Origin: Geosiphon pyriformis uo1
Lineage: Eukaryota; Fungi; Glomeromycota
Direction: 5' to 3'
DNA length: 64,000 nucleotides
Assembly: GCA_016748015.1 (NCBI GenBank)
Contig: JAAOMT010000602.1
Location: 943,696-1,007,695, forward strand
A program made the position numbers and the translations under genes. Position 1 is the stretch's first letter; every line of letters starts with the position of its first letter. Shown here one piece after another: positions 1-12,375 of the stretch. Under the pieces are notes generated by a model. That model was not told where the DNA came from. It searched no databases and saw nothing but the letters and a program-made list of their open reading frames with translations.

Positions 1-373
1 ACAATTTTCAAGAAACTATTGTTATTTCTACTTGGGAAAACACATAAACATTCAGAATTTGTACACTAATAAAACAAAGCAGTTATTCAACATAACAATA
101 CTACAACAACTAGAACAGTTTGTGAGAAAAAACAACTTATCTACACAGGCCTGAGCCATATATCAAATACACACAGCATTTTAAGATCAACCAGAAATCT
201 TACTCAACAAAGCAATGAATACAGTTACCAGTAATCAATTAGAAAAGATCACCAATGCTCAATTTGAAAAATTACAGACCCAAATAACACAAGTAATTCT
301 CAAAACCAAAATTCAGAAAATACTTCAAGAAGGGGAATTTAAAGAGCTAAATTTTGATGAAGCTCAATATTAA
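1..373 (+). pseudogene. C-terminal part of an extra 3' ORF (ORF3, env position) of a Ty3/Gypsy element running off the left edge
   Basis: Frame from nt 2 reads QFSRNYCYFYLGKH...DQPEILLNK...NFDEAQY* (two internal stops). It is homologous to the minus-strand ORF at 7991-8626 and ends at the polypurine tract. Confidence 0.7.
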
Positions 374-386
374 AAGGAAGAAATAA
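372..386 (+). promoter_or_regulatory. Polypurine tract (PPT) of LTR retrotransposon
   Basis: AAAAGGAAGAAATAA lies directly before the LTR start. The equivalent AAAGGAGGAGATAA precedes the minus-strand LTR at 7978. Confidence 0.75.
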
Positions 387-1225
387 TATTACTCATAGAA
401 ATATAGGAAACATATCAGTATAGTTATTAGCCAATCAAAAGTAGACGTAGTAAATGTAGAATTCTAGGATTCTTCTTAGAGAAATTGCAGGATTCTCACA
501 TAAAGAATTGCAGAATTCCAGAATTCTAGGATTCCTCTCAACGGAATCACAGGATTCCAGGAATTCTAGGATTCCTGTCATAAAGAATTGAGGAATTAAG
601 GAATCTCAATTATGTATATATAGCAGTAGTATTAGAAGCTGAAAAAACAGACCACTCCATTTGATTTTATCTAGACAATCTTCCAATTCACAATCATCAA
701 ACAAATAATTATTTGAATATCTAATTCTACTCTCTATTATCAACATCTCATGTTGATAATAATTGATACTTGACCACACTAGAACAATAGCTCTTGATCA
801 CGGCTATTAATGAAAACTAATCTGTACATTGCCTTGACTTATTTTCTTATTTTCTTTATTTTCTTATTTGCTTTATTTCTTTCTTTAATTTTATTGTTGT
901 GTACTAATTGATTAAAAACACTAAATTACTGACATCAAAGATTGTCTGGTAAAAGACCCCTGTAAGTGGGTAAAGCACATAAAGCAAATTACAGATTACT
1001 TACCAGAGGATTGCCGGCCACCAAGCCGAAAAAAAAATTGACAGAATTGCAATTCTGGGAAGCTACAAATAAAACAACCATTAAATCTTTGTCCATTATA
1101 CAAAGAACTCAATCAAAATTTTTAGATAAACAATACCTTCAGATCATCATCTACACAAATAACTTTTGAGCACCAAGTTATGGGTTTGTTATTTGATTTG
1201 AAACCCCAAGTAATTACCTATAACA
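387..1225 (+). repeat. 3' LTR, Gypsy family A (~840 bp)
   Basis: Starts TATTACTCATA (decayed TGTTAC) and ends ...CCTATAACA. Colinear with the reverse complements of 19766-20591 and 57790-58645. Contains a GGAATTCC/GGATTCC array and a TATATATA box. Confidence 0.9.
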
Positions 1226-2159
1226 TCACTTATTAATTAATCAAATTATCAAATATTATTATTCAATCAATAATCTGATTTGTATTATAGAAATTAAGAT
1301 AATCAAATTACACAATACCTTGAACCATTTATTATAGTCAAAATTCGCCGAAATTAATGAAAATTGGCTGAAATAATCAATAGTTCAGTGAAATAACTTG
1401 TAGTTTGCTAAAATATATCTTTAGTTTACCAAAATTAGAGCAAAAAGAAAAGTGCAAGTTCAAAGACTAATACTACAACAAGTTGTATAAAAGAAGAGCT
1501 TTTCTCTTCAAAAAAATGTATTTTCTCATAATATCTTACTTTAGATATCTTAATTAGAACAAATTACTTTTTATACATCTCAAATAAAAATTAAATATTT
1601 GAAAACCAAATCTTTTAAATTATTACACTTGAAATTCTTTCAACACAACTAACATTTTGAAATTGATTAGCTACCAATTTCAGTAATCTGTTAATGACTT
1701 CAGGTCTGAATAGAAAACGTTTCCCTTAATAAAATCCTATTTCTTTTACATTTCTTTTATTTTTTTTTTCTTTTCTTATTACAATTATTAGAATAGTCTA
1801 CAAATGAGATTCCTGTAGAAGAGTTGACTTTTATAGCAAAATAACTACACATTTTTTAGTGAGCTTCCAGACAAGTATTTTCTGGAAAAAAGTTGACATT
1901 TACTACAATATAACTATAGAAAGTAACTGGCACAGAATTGGCCATTCTATTTATAAGCCCAGCAATTCAAATTATAGAAGATAATTTGAAGATAAATTCA
2001 GTTATTGGAGATTCAATTGCTTTCAGAAAACGTGAAATTAGCAACAGACAAATTGTAACAACATTTAAAAAAAGAGACCAAAAACCTCTGATAACATCAT
2101 GTACAAAGTTAATTCAATAATAGAAAATTAGACCAAAAAACATGCAGTTAAGTCTAATA
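1226..2159 (+). repeat. Probable solo LTR, family B (~930 bp)
   Basis: Clearly homologous to the reverse complement of 63147-63808 and to a decayed copy at ~43040-43875. Has a 20-bp-period array, a TATAAAAG box and decayed TG...CA-like ends. Confidence 0.65.
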
Positions 2160-2944
2160 TTTTTTTTTATTAACAAAAACAATTTTTACTTCTAAATTAT
2201 ATAATAGATAATGCATTTTTTGGTGTGATGTTTCATATAGATTTTGATAAATTCTCATTGGTAGTTAAAAATTTTTCTAATAACAAAGCTGCTAAAATAA
2301 CCAATATTTTCAGCAAACAATAAAAGCACTATAACAAGATTTTTCTAAAGTTTCTCTTGTGTTTGTTCAATTTATGTTTAGTGGCTAAGTTAATAATGCT
2401 TGAAAAAAAGCCTAGGTGTTTATAATTCTAAAGCCTTATAATTGGAAGAGTATCTTAATAAACACAAAACCAATTGTATTTATTAAAACAACAAGAAAAA
2501 TTCTTTCAAAAATTTTGTCTGATTGTATTTCTATTACTTGCAACAAACATAATGGTTTACATAAAGACAATTTTTCAGTTTTAAAAAATATTTTAACTCA
2601 ATTTATTATTTTTGTGGTTGAATTGGTGATTAAAAATAGCTTAAAAAAAAGAAAAAAAATCTGGCTGGTGCTTCAGAATATGCAAAAAGCATACAATTTA
2701 ATAGATTGGTCATATTTAAAAAACAGCTTAATTCAAGTCAAAATATGTAATAAGTTCATTAAGTTCTTTAGCCATATTTATATTGACTGCACAAATAAAA
2801 TTATAACAGATTTTAGATTATCTAAGAGTTATAAGGTTTATAATAGGCTAAATTAAAAAGAGATCTTTTTACTTCTTTTTTGAAAAATCTTTTATGATTT
2901 TTTTTATGTGAAGTAAAGAGACAAAAGTTTTTGTTCAAATACCA
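2160..2944 (+). mobile_element. LINE ORF2 (reverse transcriptase) fragment
   Basis: ORF 2416-2856 (KPIVFIKTTRKILSKILSD...LQNMQKAYNLIDW) matches the RT N-terminal motifs of the longer LINEs in the window. Confidence 0.85.
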
Positions 2945-5900
2945 TATTATTATTTAAGTAGAAAAACCAATTCAAAAGATATTAAAAAAACATAATTATA
3001 AAATATAATAACTTAGAAAAATGTGATAATACAAAATAATTTAAGATAACACAAGATAATATACAATAATGTGAAATAGCACAAAATAACTAGTTGTAAT
3101 ATAAGATAACTAGTTATAGTATAAAAAAACAAAGCAACAACAGAAATAGCAAATAATAACTAATAATAACAAGTAATTAAAAACAATTTTGTAAAATTAG
3201 AAATATGTATAAAAACAAATAGTTTTAACAGTAAAGAAAAAACAAACCAACAAACAAAAAGATGAGATAAAAAATATATCTTTTTATTCATATTTATTAG
3301 ATTTATTTTACCTATATATCTATATTATTTCAAATAAAAAAAATATTTAAAACTTCAAACTCACTTATACATAATTTATCAATTTTATGTTGAAAACTGA
3401 ATTAATTGTTCTTCTATTTTTGTTTTCAGCCAGATGCTCTTAGCATAAAATGCTGTAAACAATAATAACTTAGACCAATTACTCTTGATTATAGTAATTA
3501 ATAATATTAATTTTTTTTATTTTTTATTTTTTTATTTTTTGTGGAGTGGTAACTTTGTAAAATTGACTGTTTGAAAATATATTTCATAATAGTTTAATAA
3601 AAAAGAAAAGCTTTCTCTAAGATTGAATATTAACATTATTTTGTTAATTTATTAGAAGAGCAAAAAAACATTACCAGATTTTAGTAACTGTGCTTGACTA
3701 GCTTAGAAAAGATAGTTTATATACTTAACACATAAACAGCCAAATACATCTCTGTATCTTATAACCAAAAAACTCCATAAGTAAAATTAGCAAAAATCTT
3801 CAAAGACTAATATTACTAACTTACTTCAAGTATTTAGAATAGAAATTTTCAAGTTCTCTATTATTCAAATTTAGAGTACCAAATGTTATTACAACATTCT
3901 ATCAAGTTTATCTGTAATATTTAGTGTTTTTTATGAGGTTATAAAATCCACAGAAACAGAGCACCCCAAAAATTCACCAAAGTAATGACTATTAAGATTG
4001 CAAGAAAAAATTATTTACTATTTAAAAAAGTATTATTTTAGCATTTTAAAAAAAACTTAGAAATACTAATAGAAACTGTTATTATAGAGAATAATTTTTG
4101 TTACTATGTATATGCTAAAATTTACTACTTACTAGGCCAAATAACAAACACAAAAAAACTTAGAGAACAAATCTATTAGAAATTACTAATATATTCAATT
4201 TCAATAATTATCTAAACAATAGCTACAACTTTTTTAATAATTGATTAAAAAATTCAGAAATACACCAACAAACAGTACTCTTAAGTAAAAAAAAGACAAC
4301 CATTAAGACCCAACTTTAAAAAATCTGAATTTAAAAATAAGAGTATATTAGCTACACAAGAAAGTATTTAACTTATAATTAACAAGAAATCAAAACTTCT
4401 CTTACTAACAATCTCTTTATATCATCAAATCCTAAGAATAGAATCTTATTTAATTAACTCACTAAAACACAATTAAAAACTTCAAAAACTTTTAGAACTC
4501 TGTATCTTTAAGACTATAATCAAAATCTCTGGACCAAATTCTTAAGAGAATATAGATTATTGTTTAAAAATTTTACTCCAGCAGTTAGTAAACCTAGCAG
4601 AAATACTTCTTCTTAAACATAACCATCAGTATTATTTCTTTATGAATCAACTATTATACTTTTAGATGAAATAGTTATTCTATAATCTATTGGCTATACT
4701 ATCAAAAAAAACAATTAGCAGTAAATTTAACAAAGCAATTACATATACTTTTGTTCATATTCTTTTTGTTAACAATTAAACCAATTTTTATTGCTTAAAT
4801 CATAGTCTACAGAAACATTGCCAGACTGAAAAAATTCTCTGGTGAAGAAAAAACACATATATCTGAATTATAGAAGCCAAAAAAGCAATTAGAGCCAATA
4901 ATTGAGATAAAACCAAAACAATCCAAGCCTTATTATTCTTCTTAACAAAAAATACAGATTTATGCTATCAAAGTTTTGAGAAGAAACCAGTTGACTTTGC
5001 TGTTTTTAAATTTATCTTTCTACAATACTTCTGTAAATTCAATATGTTTATTAAGCTATAAAATCAGTTTAATGTAATAAAACAGAAAAATTATAAAGCA
5101 GTAACTATTTATCTTGGACAATTTAATCAAATTTTTCACCAAATTTAGATAATTAAAAGAGATTATTATACATTAAGACAAATTCTCAACCAATTTATTA
5201 AAAAACTAAAGAGTAGTATCTTTTGATCTATCAAACTTCATCATTCTGACAGCTTATAAGAGACTGTAATACTTGCCTATAACTTTGAATTAGCAAAACA
5301 AGAAGCCAATCATACCCAAACTGTTAACTTAATCATAAATAAAACATTAAATATTAATGCCAAGCTTATTCAATTAAGTGAAAAATTGACTTAAAAAATT
5401 AAAAAATTTTTGACAAAAAACTCTAAAACATATTAACTGCCATAATATAGAAACAATTTCAACAACTATTAACAACAGCAAAATTGACAACAGTAATAAC
5501 AACTCTGAAATTTAGATTCTCATAATTGTTATTATTGCCAAAAACTCAGACACATTATAAGAAATTGCAAAAAAAAACTAGTTAATCAAAGCCAAAAAAA
5601 TCAATATTAATCTCAATTAAGATATCCTCAAGCCATAAAATTTCAATATTCTTTGTTATAATACTCATAATTATAGTACTTATCTTAATTATCCTTGACT
5701 TATTATCAGTTTTTACAAGTAATAGCACAAACAATATTTTAGTACCAAGCTATAATATATAATAATCCTAGACTTTAAGTTATTAATTATAGTCAAAAAT
5801 GGTAAAACAATAATAGACATTAGATATAATCCAACAATAGATCATTTTGTTTAGCAAATATAGCAATATATTACTTTAAGCAATACAAACTAGATATCCA

Positions 5901-7109
5901 AATCAGGTTTTATATCTTGGTCTTATAAAGACTCTGAATTTTTGTAATACTACATCTTTAGAAGAAAAAAATATAGTTGAAATTACCAATTATTTTTTTT
6001 TTAATCTTAATAAAACTGTTAATATGTTTTTTTCTGTTATCATTACTGAAAACAATACACCAACCATCATATTTTTATTTAATATTGACAATTTGAACAC
6101 TGCTAATTTTTTTAGTAGAGCTGTTATTAATCAAGATAAGCCAATTATGGCAATATATACCAATGTTAGAGTAAGACAATTAAACATTAAATTAATACTT
6201 GACAGCAAATTTACAGACAACATAATGATAAAACAATTTATGAATCAATTAAGTCACTAATTAGAACATGTTACCACTGCTAGAATAATTACTGTAGATA
6301 GAAATACTAAAACACTAATAAGAAAGATTAATAATTTCTTTTTTGAAATTCATGGCATTAGCATCTTAACAAAAATACTTGTTATAAAAGCCACTTAATA
6401 TCAAGTCTTAGTTAAAAATAATTGGCTATTCAAAACACATATCATGTTGGACTAAAATACACAAAAACTTTAAATTATCTTTAATAAATAACATACTAAA
6501 GTATCTGCCATATATGAACACTTTAGAATAGTGGCTTTAGAACAACTTCTAATTGAATTTAAAAAACCTATCTTTTAGCCAACTTTGGAAATCTATCAAG
6601 TTTCTTGGACTAATAATTTTAGAACAGAGCTATCACCACCTTCTATATGGAAAAAAAAAGATAAAAAAAAGACTAACAAAAAATTCCAGAAATTATCATC
6701 AATCTATTTAACTCTAAATTAAAAAAATCAACTATATTGACTCCCAAAATTAATCTGTGTTGATTGTAGAAAGAAGTTATCTTTAGTAAATGCCTATATT
6801 AGAGACAATAAAATATGGTTTATTATTACCAGATACTATTGCAAATTTTGTGTGTTAAAACAATTTAGATGACCAAAATAACAAAACAAATAGAAAAATA
6901 TGTTATGTTTTACATGTGGCAAAATTTTATCAGATAAAAAATTATAGAATAATGTTTTTGACAGAAAAAAACATATAACAAATCTTGTCACTACACTATT
7001 TTAATTAATAACTGGACTCAAAAAAAAAATTTTTTTGCTGCTGTCTATAATTAAGCAATAAATTGACTGAATTTATATTCTTAAAATAAAGAAAAAATTT
7101 GAAACATGA
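2945..7109 (+). mobile_element. Old Ty3/Gypsy element, 5' half (LTR ~2945-3919, decayed PBS, gag with CCHC knuckle, protease, Cys-rich domain), cut off at 7110
   Basis: Decayed PBS TTTAGTGTTTTTTATGAGG at 3920, zinc knuckle CYYCQKLRHIIRNC at ~5527-5570, protease LILDS motif in ORF 6024-6260 and CVDC motif at ~6757. Colinear with the 14.5-20.6 kb element. Confidence 0.8.
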
Positions 7110-7978
7110 TGTTACAGATGATTACTTGGGGTCTTAAGGCAAATAACAAACCCATAACTTGGTGCTCAATTGATATAATGTTGTTAGTAATATCTGAAGC
7201 TGTGTTTATCTGAAGGCTTTGGTTGAGTTCTTTGTATAATGGACAAAGATTCAGTGGTAATAGTTTTATTTGTAGCTTCCCAAAACCGCAGTTTTGTCAA
7301 TTTCTTTCTCAGTTTGATGGCTGGTATTCCTCCTGGTAAGCTATCCTTAATTGAGTGTTCTACCCTTATTCTTGGGTTTTTTACTAATGCTATATCCTGA
7401 CATCAGTACTCCATGCATTAATCTTCAATAAAGTTAGTAATAACAATAATTAAAACAAGAAAATAAAAGAAATAACATAAAGAAATGAGCCAAGACAATG
7501 TGTAAGTTAGTATCCGTCAATAGCCATGATCAAGAACTATTGTTCCAATGTAGTTAAGTATCAATTGCTATCAACATAGAGTGTTGATAGTGAAAAGTAG
7601 ATTTGGATGGTAAATAATTTATTTATTCAATATTTGTGAATTGGAGATTTCTAACTAAAAGATCCTGCTCTTTTCTACTTCTAATGCTACCACTATATAT
7701 ACATAATTAATATTCTATGAAATTGCTTACATTTCCAAGTGATGTGCTATGATTTCTTGAGCAATGCTCATATTGCTGAGTAATATGCTCTAATTTTCTA
7801 ATATTGCTCCATATTGCTGAGCAATGTGCCATGTTTTCTGATATTGCTCCATATTGCTGAGCAATGTGCCATGATTTCTGATATTGCTTCACATTGCTGA
7901 GCAATGTGCTCACATGCTAACTACTATTTTCTTATTGGTCTGCTATTTTCCATATCTATTTTCTTTTTATAAGTAACA
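7110..7978 (-). repeat. 3' LTR, family A variant with a different U3 array
   Basis: TGTTAC...TAACA termini and PPT at 7979-7992. R/U5 is homologous to the other family A LTRs. Confidence 0.9.
7755..7910. repeat. 40-bp tandem repeat in LTR U3 containing the palindrome ATTGCT-G-AGCAAT
   Basis: ATATTGCTCCATATTGCTGAGCAATGTGCCATGTTTTCTG at 7801-7840 and nearly identical at 7841-7880, with partial or degenerate units on either side. Confidence 0.9.
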
Positions 7979-7990
7979 TTATCTCCTCCT

Positions 7991-8626
7991 TTAATATTGA
8001 GCTCTGTCGAAATCTTTGTTTTGAATTAATTTTAATACTTCTTTTTCAAGTATTGTTTGTTTAACTCTGTTCTTTACATTTTCTACTTGTGTATTGTTCA
8101 TTCTTCCCCATTGGTTAATGGTTATGGTTTTCATGTCAGAGTGTAACAATATTTCTGGATAGTTCTGAAATATGTTGTGTAGTCAATAAATTGTTCTCAC
8201 ATATAGTGTTGAGTTTGTTTTTTTCTCAATAAATTCTTCAATTTACTGTATTATATTTTGGTTAAATACTCTTTTAAATTTGTCAATATACAACTCTTAA
8301 ATATTCAACTTTCATTCTAGCTGGTAGTAACAGTATGATATTGGAAGTTGTTTTGTCTATTGCTTCCAATTTTCTTTTGTAAGCTCTTTAGTTAGTACCA
8401 TAGTAGGTATTTTTCCAAAAGTGTTTTTTACTTTTTCTACTATCTTATCTGACCAGTTTTTATTGTTCTTTGGTGGTTGCTAATATGGTGTATTCTCTGT
8501 TTTTTTTTTGGTGTTTTGATGGCAAATTGTTTGGTTATTAATGATAATTTCCATATCTAACTGTTGTTGACTTAAAGTCTGAAACAATTGTTGAGCTATC
8601 GTATAAATATGATCTGGTATTTCCAT
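7991..8626 (-). pseudogene. Extra ORF3 downstream of integrase (~210 codons, unknown function)
   Basis: MEIPDHIYTIAQQLFQ...QLPISYCYYQL...YPEILLHSD...KDFDRAQY* read across stops and frameshifts. Protein-level match to 1-373. Confidence 0.7.
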
Positions 8627-11600
8627 TTTTCTTGGTTGCTTTTGTCACATATACTGTGTCTTTATATACTCTTTTATTGTTTGATTTTATGTGTTTGGTC
8701 CAATGATTATGATTGGTCCCAAATCTCGTGAAATTTCATCTGGTTAAACTAGTATTCATTGTACTCTTAATTGTGGAATGTTATTGGTGGATGATGATAT
8801 TATTTGGTGATATGGTTTCAGTCAATCACCATGTGCTGTTTTGGTCAAGATTTTGTTGTTCAATCTTAATTTATAAGCTCCATTTCCAAGAATTTCTTCA
8901 ATGTGGAATGGTTCATCCTATTTGGGGTCAAATTTTCCACTCTATTGTTTTTCTGCTTTAGTACAATGTAGAAGTACTTTGTCTCCAATCTTGAATTCAA
9001 CTGGTTTGTCTGGTAGTTGGTTATTGTGTCTCTTTTTTTGTTTCTCTTGTGACTTTTGGATATTATCAGCTGCTTTTTATTGCTTGTTTTCTAGAGTTTC
9101 CATCAAGTCATATGTTCTTCTTAGCAACATTTCCTGAAAATTGTCTTCAGTTATTGGTTCTGTTGAATAAGTGTTGACTTCTATCTTGACTGGTAATGTT
9201 GCTGTTTTACTGTATACTAATTTAAATGGTGTTGCTTGTGTAGTGTCTTGCTTTATTGTCTGATAAGCAAATAGTATTGATGATATAAACAAATCCCATT
9301 CATCCTGGTTTCTCAGCTGAGTTTGGCAATTGCTTCACACAATGTTCTATTAAATCTTTCAACTAAACCATTTGTTTGTGGATGATATGATGATGATAGT
9401 GGTTTTTTAATTCCGAATCTTTGGCTCAATTCTGCTAGTGTTCTGTTCACAAAGTGAGTTTCTTGGTCTGATAATAATTCTTTTGGACATCTATGTTGAC
9501 AAATCAAGTCTTGATAAATGAATTCAGCAACAGATTCTGTATTTGCTCTTTGAATTGCTTTTGCTTCTGGCCATTTAGTGAGATAGTCTATGATTACTGC
9601 AATATATCTATTTCCTCTGTTGATGATTGTTAATGGTCTGACTAAATCAATTCTAATGCGATCAAATGGTTGTCTTATTTTGATTGGTCTTAATGGCTCA
9701 CTGGGTTTTGTTTTTTCTTTTTTTTACAAGAATCACAATTTTGGACATATTAGATGATGTCTGGATACATTGATGGCCAATAGTATCTTTTTTTGGTCCT
9801 TTCCATGGTTGCTTCTTTGTGGAAATGTCCTGCTGTTGGATCTGAGTACATGTTGAACAGTATTGTTTCTTTCTCTGGTTCTGTAACTACTCTAGTTGGT
9901 TGATCTGAATTTTGTCTATTTTTCTGATAAAGTATGTTTTGGTAAGTGATAAAATATTTTGATTGTTGTTTGATACTATTTCGTTCTGATTGAGATAATT
10001 TCTCCTTGAATTGCTAAGTATCTATATAATGTTTGAGTTGTTGGTATTTTTTTGTGTTTATCTTTTGTTATATTTCTGTTGGATTTGGTTTAATTTTGTT
10101 ATATTTTTGGGTTGAATGTTCTTAGATTTATCTTATTCATAACAAACTGTCTGCATTTCTATTGTCTTTTCCCTTTTTATAATATATAATATAAGTATAT
10201 AATGAGAGTGCCATTTTCCATCTGGATTGTCTGCCATTTCCAAATTTTTGTTTTTGGAGTAATGTCAGTCTTTTGTGATCTGTATACACCTTAAACTTCT
10301 GGTTCAAGTATTTTTTCCATTTTATGACTGCCCAATAAATTGCTAAATATTTTAATTCTGGTGTTCCATAATTTCTTTCAGCTGGAGTTAAACCTTGGCT
10401 GGCATATGTGACTGAATGTTCTCTTCTATCTGGTTCTCTCTGTGATAATACTGTTCTTAATGCTTGGCTTGATGCATTAGTGGTAATGATGAATAATTTA
10501 TTGTGATCTGGATAGATTAGTACTGGAGCTTATATAAGCCTTCTTCTTAGAATATCAAAAGCTTCTTGTTGTGCTTCTGTCCATTTATATTTTACATTCT
10601 TAGTTTGGAGATGATTGAGTGGGTGGGCTATCTTAGAAAAGTTTTTGATAAAGCGTTAATAATAGCCTGCGAATCCCAAAAATGACTTCAACTCTGTCAC
10701 ATTGGTTAGTACTGGAAAGTTTTTGACTATCTCTATCTTTTCTAGATCCATTTTGATGCCATTTTTGCTTACTATGTGCCCTAAAAAGTTTAATTCTGTC
10801 TTGCCAAAGAAGTACTTATTGGCATTCAACTTTAGCTCTGCTTGTTATAGTCTTTTAAACACTTGTTATAAATGATGCAAATGATCATTGAATGTTTTGG
10901 AGAACACATTGGTGTTATCTAAATAGACGACTACTGATTTCCACAATAAGCCAGTATATACTATTTCCATTAGCCATTGAAATATGGCTGGAGCATTTAT
11001 CAAGCTGAATGACATGACTTCAAACTTGAAATTCTCTTCTCTAATCATAAAAGCCATTTTTTCTTTGTCTGTTGGATCCATGGCTACCTGCCAGTATCTA
11101 CTGTTCAGATCCAGTGTTGAGAACCATTTATTTTCTCCAAAAGCATTGAATAGCTTCTGGATTCGTGAAGTTAGATAACTGTCTCCACAGGTGACTCCAT
11201 TGAATTTTCTGTAGTCCACACAAAATCTGATTTTTCCATTCTTCTTTCAGATGAGTACCACTGGTGATAACCATGGACTTATAGATGGCTGAATTAGCCT
11301 GTTTTTAAGCATTTGGTTGATCTCTTGACGAATAATCTTATGGCTGGCTGGTGGTACTCTGTATGCTTGCTGTTTAATTGGCATAGCATCTCTAGTCTTG
11401 ATCTAATGTTAGATGATATTAGTTCTGCCAAATTCATTTTCACTAGCGAAGATTGAAGTTGTTGAGTAATATCTTGAGTTGCATATGTTGGAGCAGATCC
11501 AAATTTCCCATGTTTATTTGTTCTAATTGTTCTGATTGGAGCAAATAACATTCATTTCGTCTGTAGATTGTTTGTGATGTAATATCCATGTATTCGCATA

Positions 11601-11944
11601 GCTGTGCAAAGTCTGGAATAATACTTGGTGGTTGATTTTCTAATTCAGTGCTTATGTATCCAATGATGGTTCTCTCTAGTATTGTGATGACATCTTCTGT
11701 AGTGTTGTAAATGGGAATTTTAATATGATTGTGGTTTTTGGCTGGTATGTAGAGATTGATGAGTCCAATCTCTTCTGATTCACAAAGGCTTGTTTCTGCT
11801 TCAAAAATCTGATTCTTATCTTTCACTTTTCTCTCTATAATTACCATATACTGGTCATATGGTGGAATGGAAATTATTTGACTGGTTGAGATAATTTTTC
11901 CTTGGCCAATCATTTCTTCTTCTGCCATATTGACTGGTACATCT

Positions 11945-12375
11945 ATTCTATCCATGAATCCGAATCCCTGTATTCCTCTAGCTGTTATTCCTAATTCTTC
12001 CTTTTTTCCCACTGATACTAATTGAGCTACTCTAACCAAAGGCAGGAATATTACTTGTGCTATCTTTTTATTGGGTTTTATGATATAGATCTTTTCTGAG
12101 TCATTTTGTAGCATTGCCATAATATTTTCTATATATCTGGCATTGATTATTCCTCCTTTTATAGTAATCCTTTTTTTGCTAAACTACTTCTGGAAGCTAG
12201 TTAAACCATGGTTGTTGCTGGTATTTTCAATACTATGTTTAAATTAATGCAGGTATGCAAATGTGGCTCTAATTTGATGGCATCTTTCCTTGGATACCTT
12301 AGATTAAACCCTGCATCAGTATTATGTGTACACTCTGGCATGATACCTTTACCATTATCACTGAACCATTTAAGT
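11945..12375 (-). pseudogene. Trimeric dUTPase domain within Gypsy pol (between protease and RT)
   Basis: All five motifs are present: DAGFNL, ASRSSLA, GGIINARY, KIAQ, RGIQGFG. Confidence 0.9.

Noticed and set aside
455-607. Palindromic GGAATTCC and ATTGCTGAGCAAT arrays as CRISPR-like repeats
   Set aside because: No unique spacers, eukaryotic context, and they sit at a fixed position in LTR U3.
966-1169. ORFs inside family A LTRs (also 7707-7913, 57723-58054)
   Set aside because: Frames are not conserved between LTR copies; these are chance ORFs.
8630-8800. Chromodomain after integrase
   Set aside because: Integrase ends shortly after the GPY/F-like region and no chromodomain motifs are visible.
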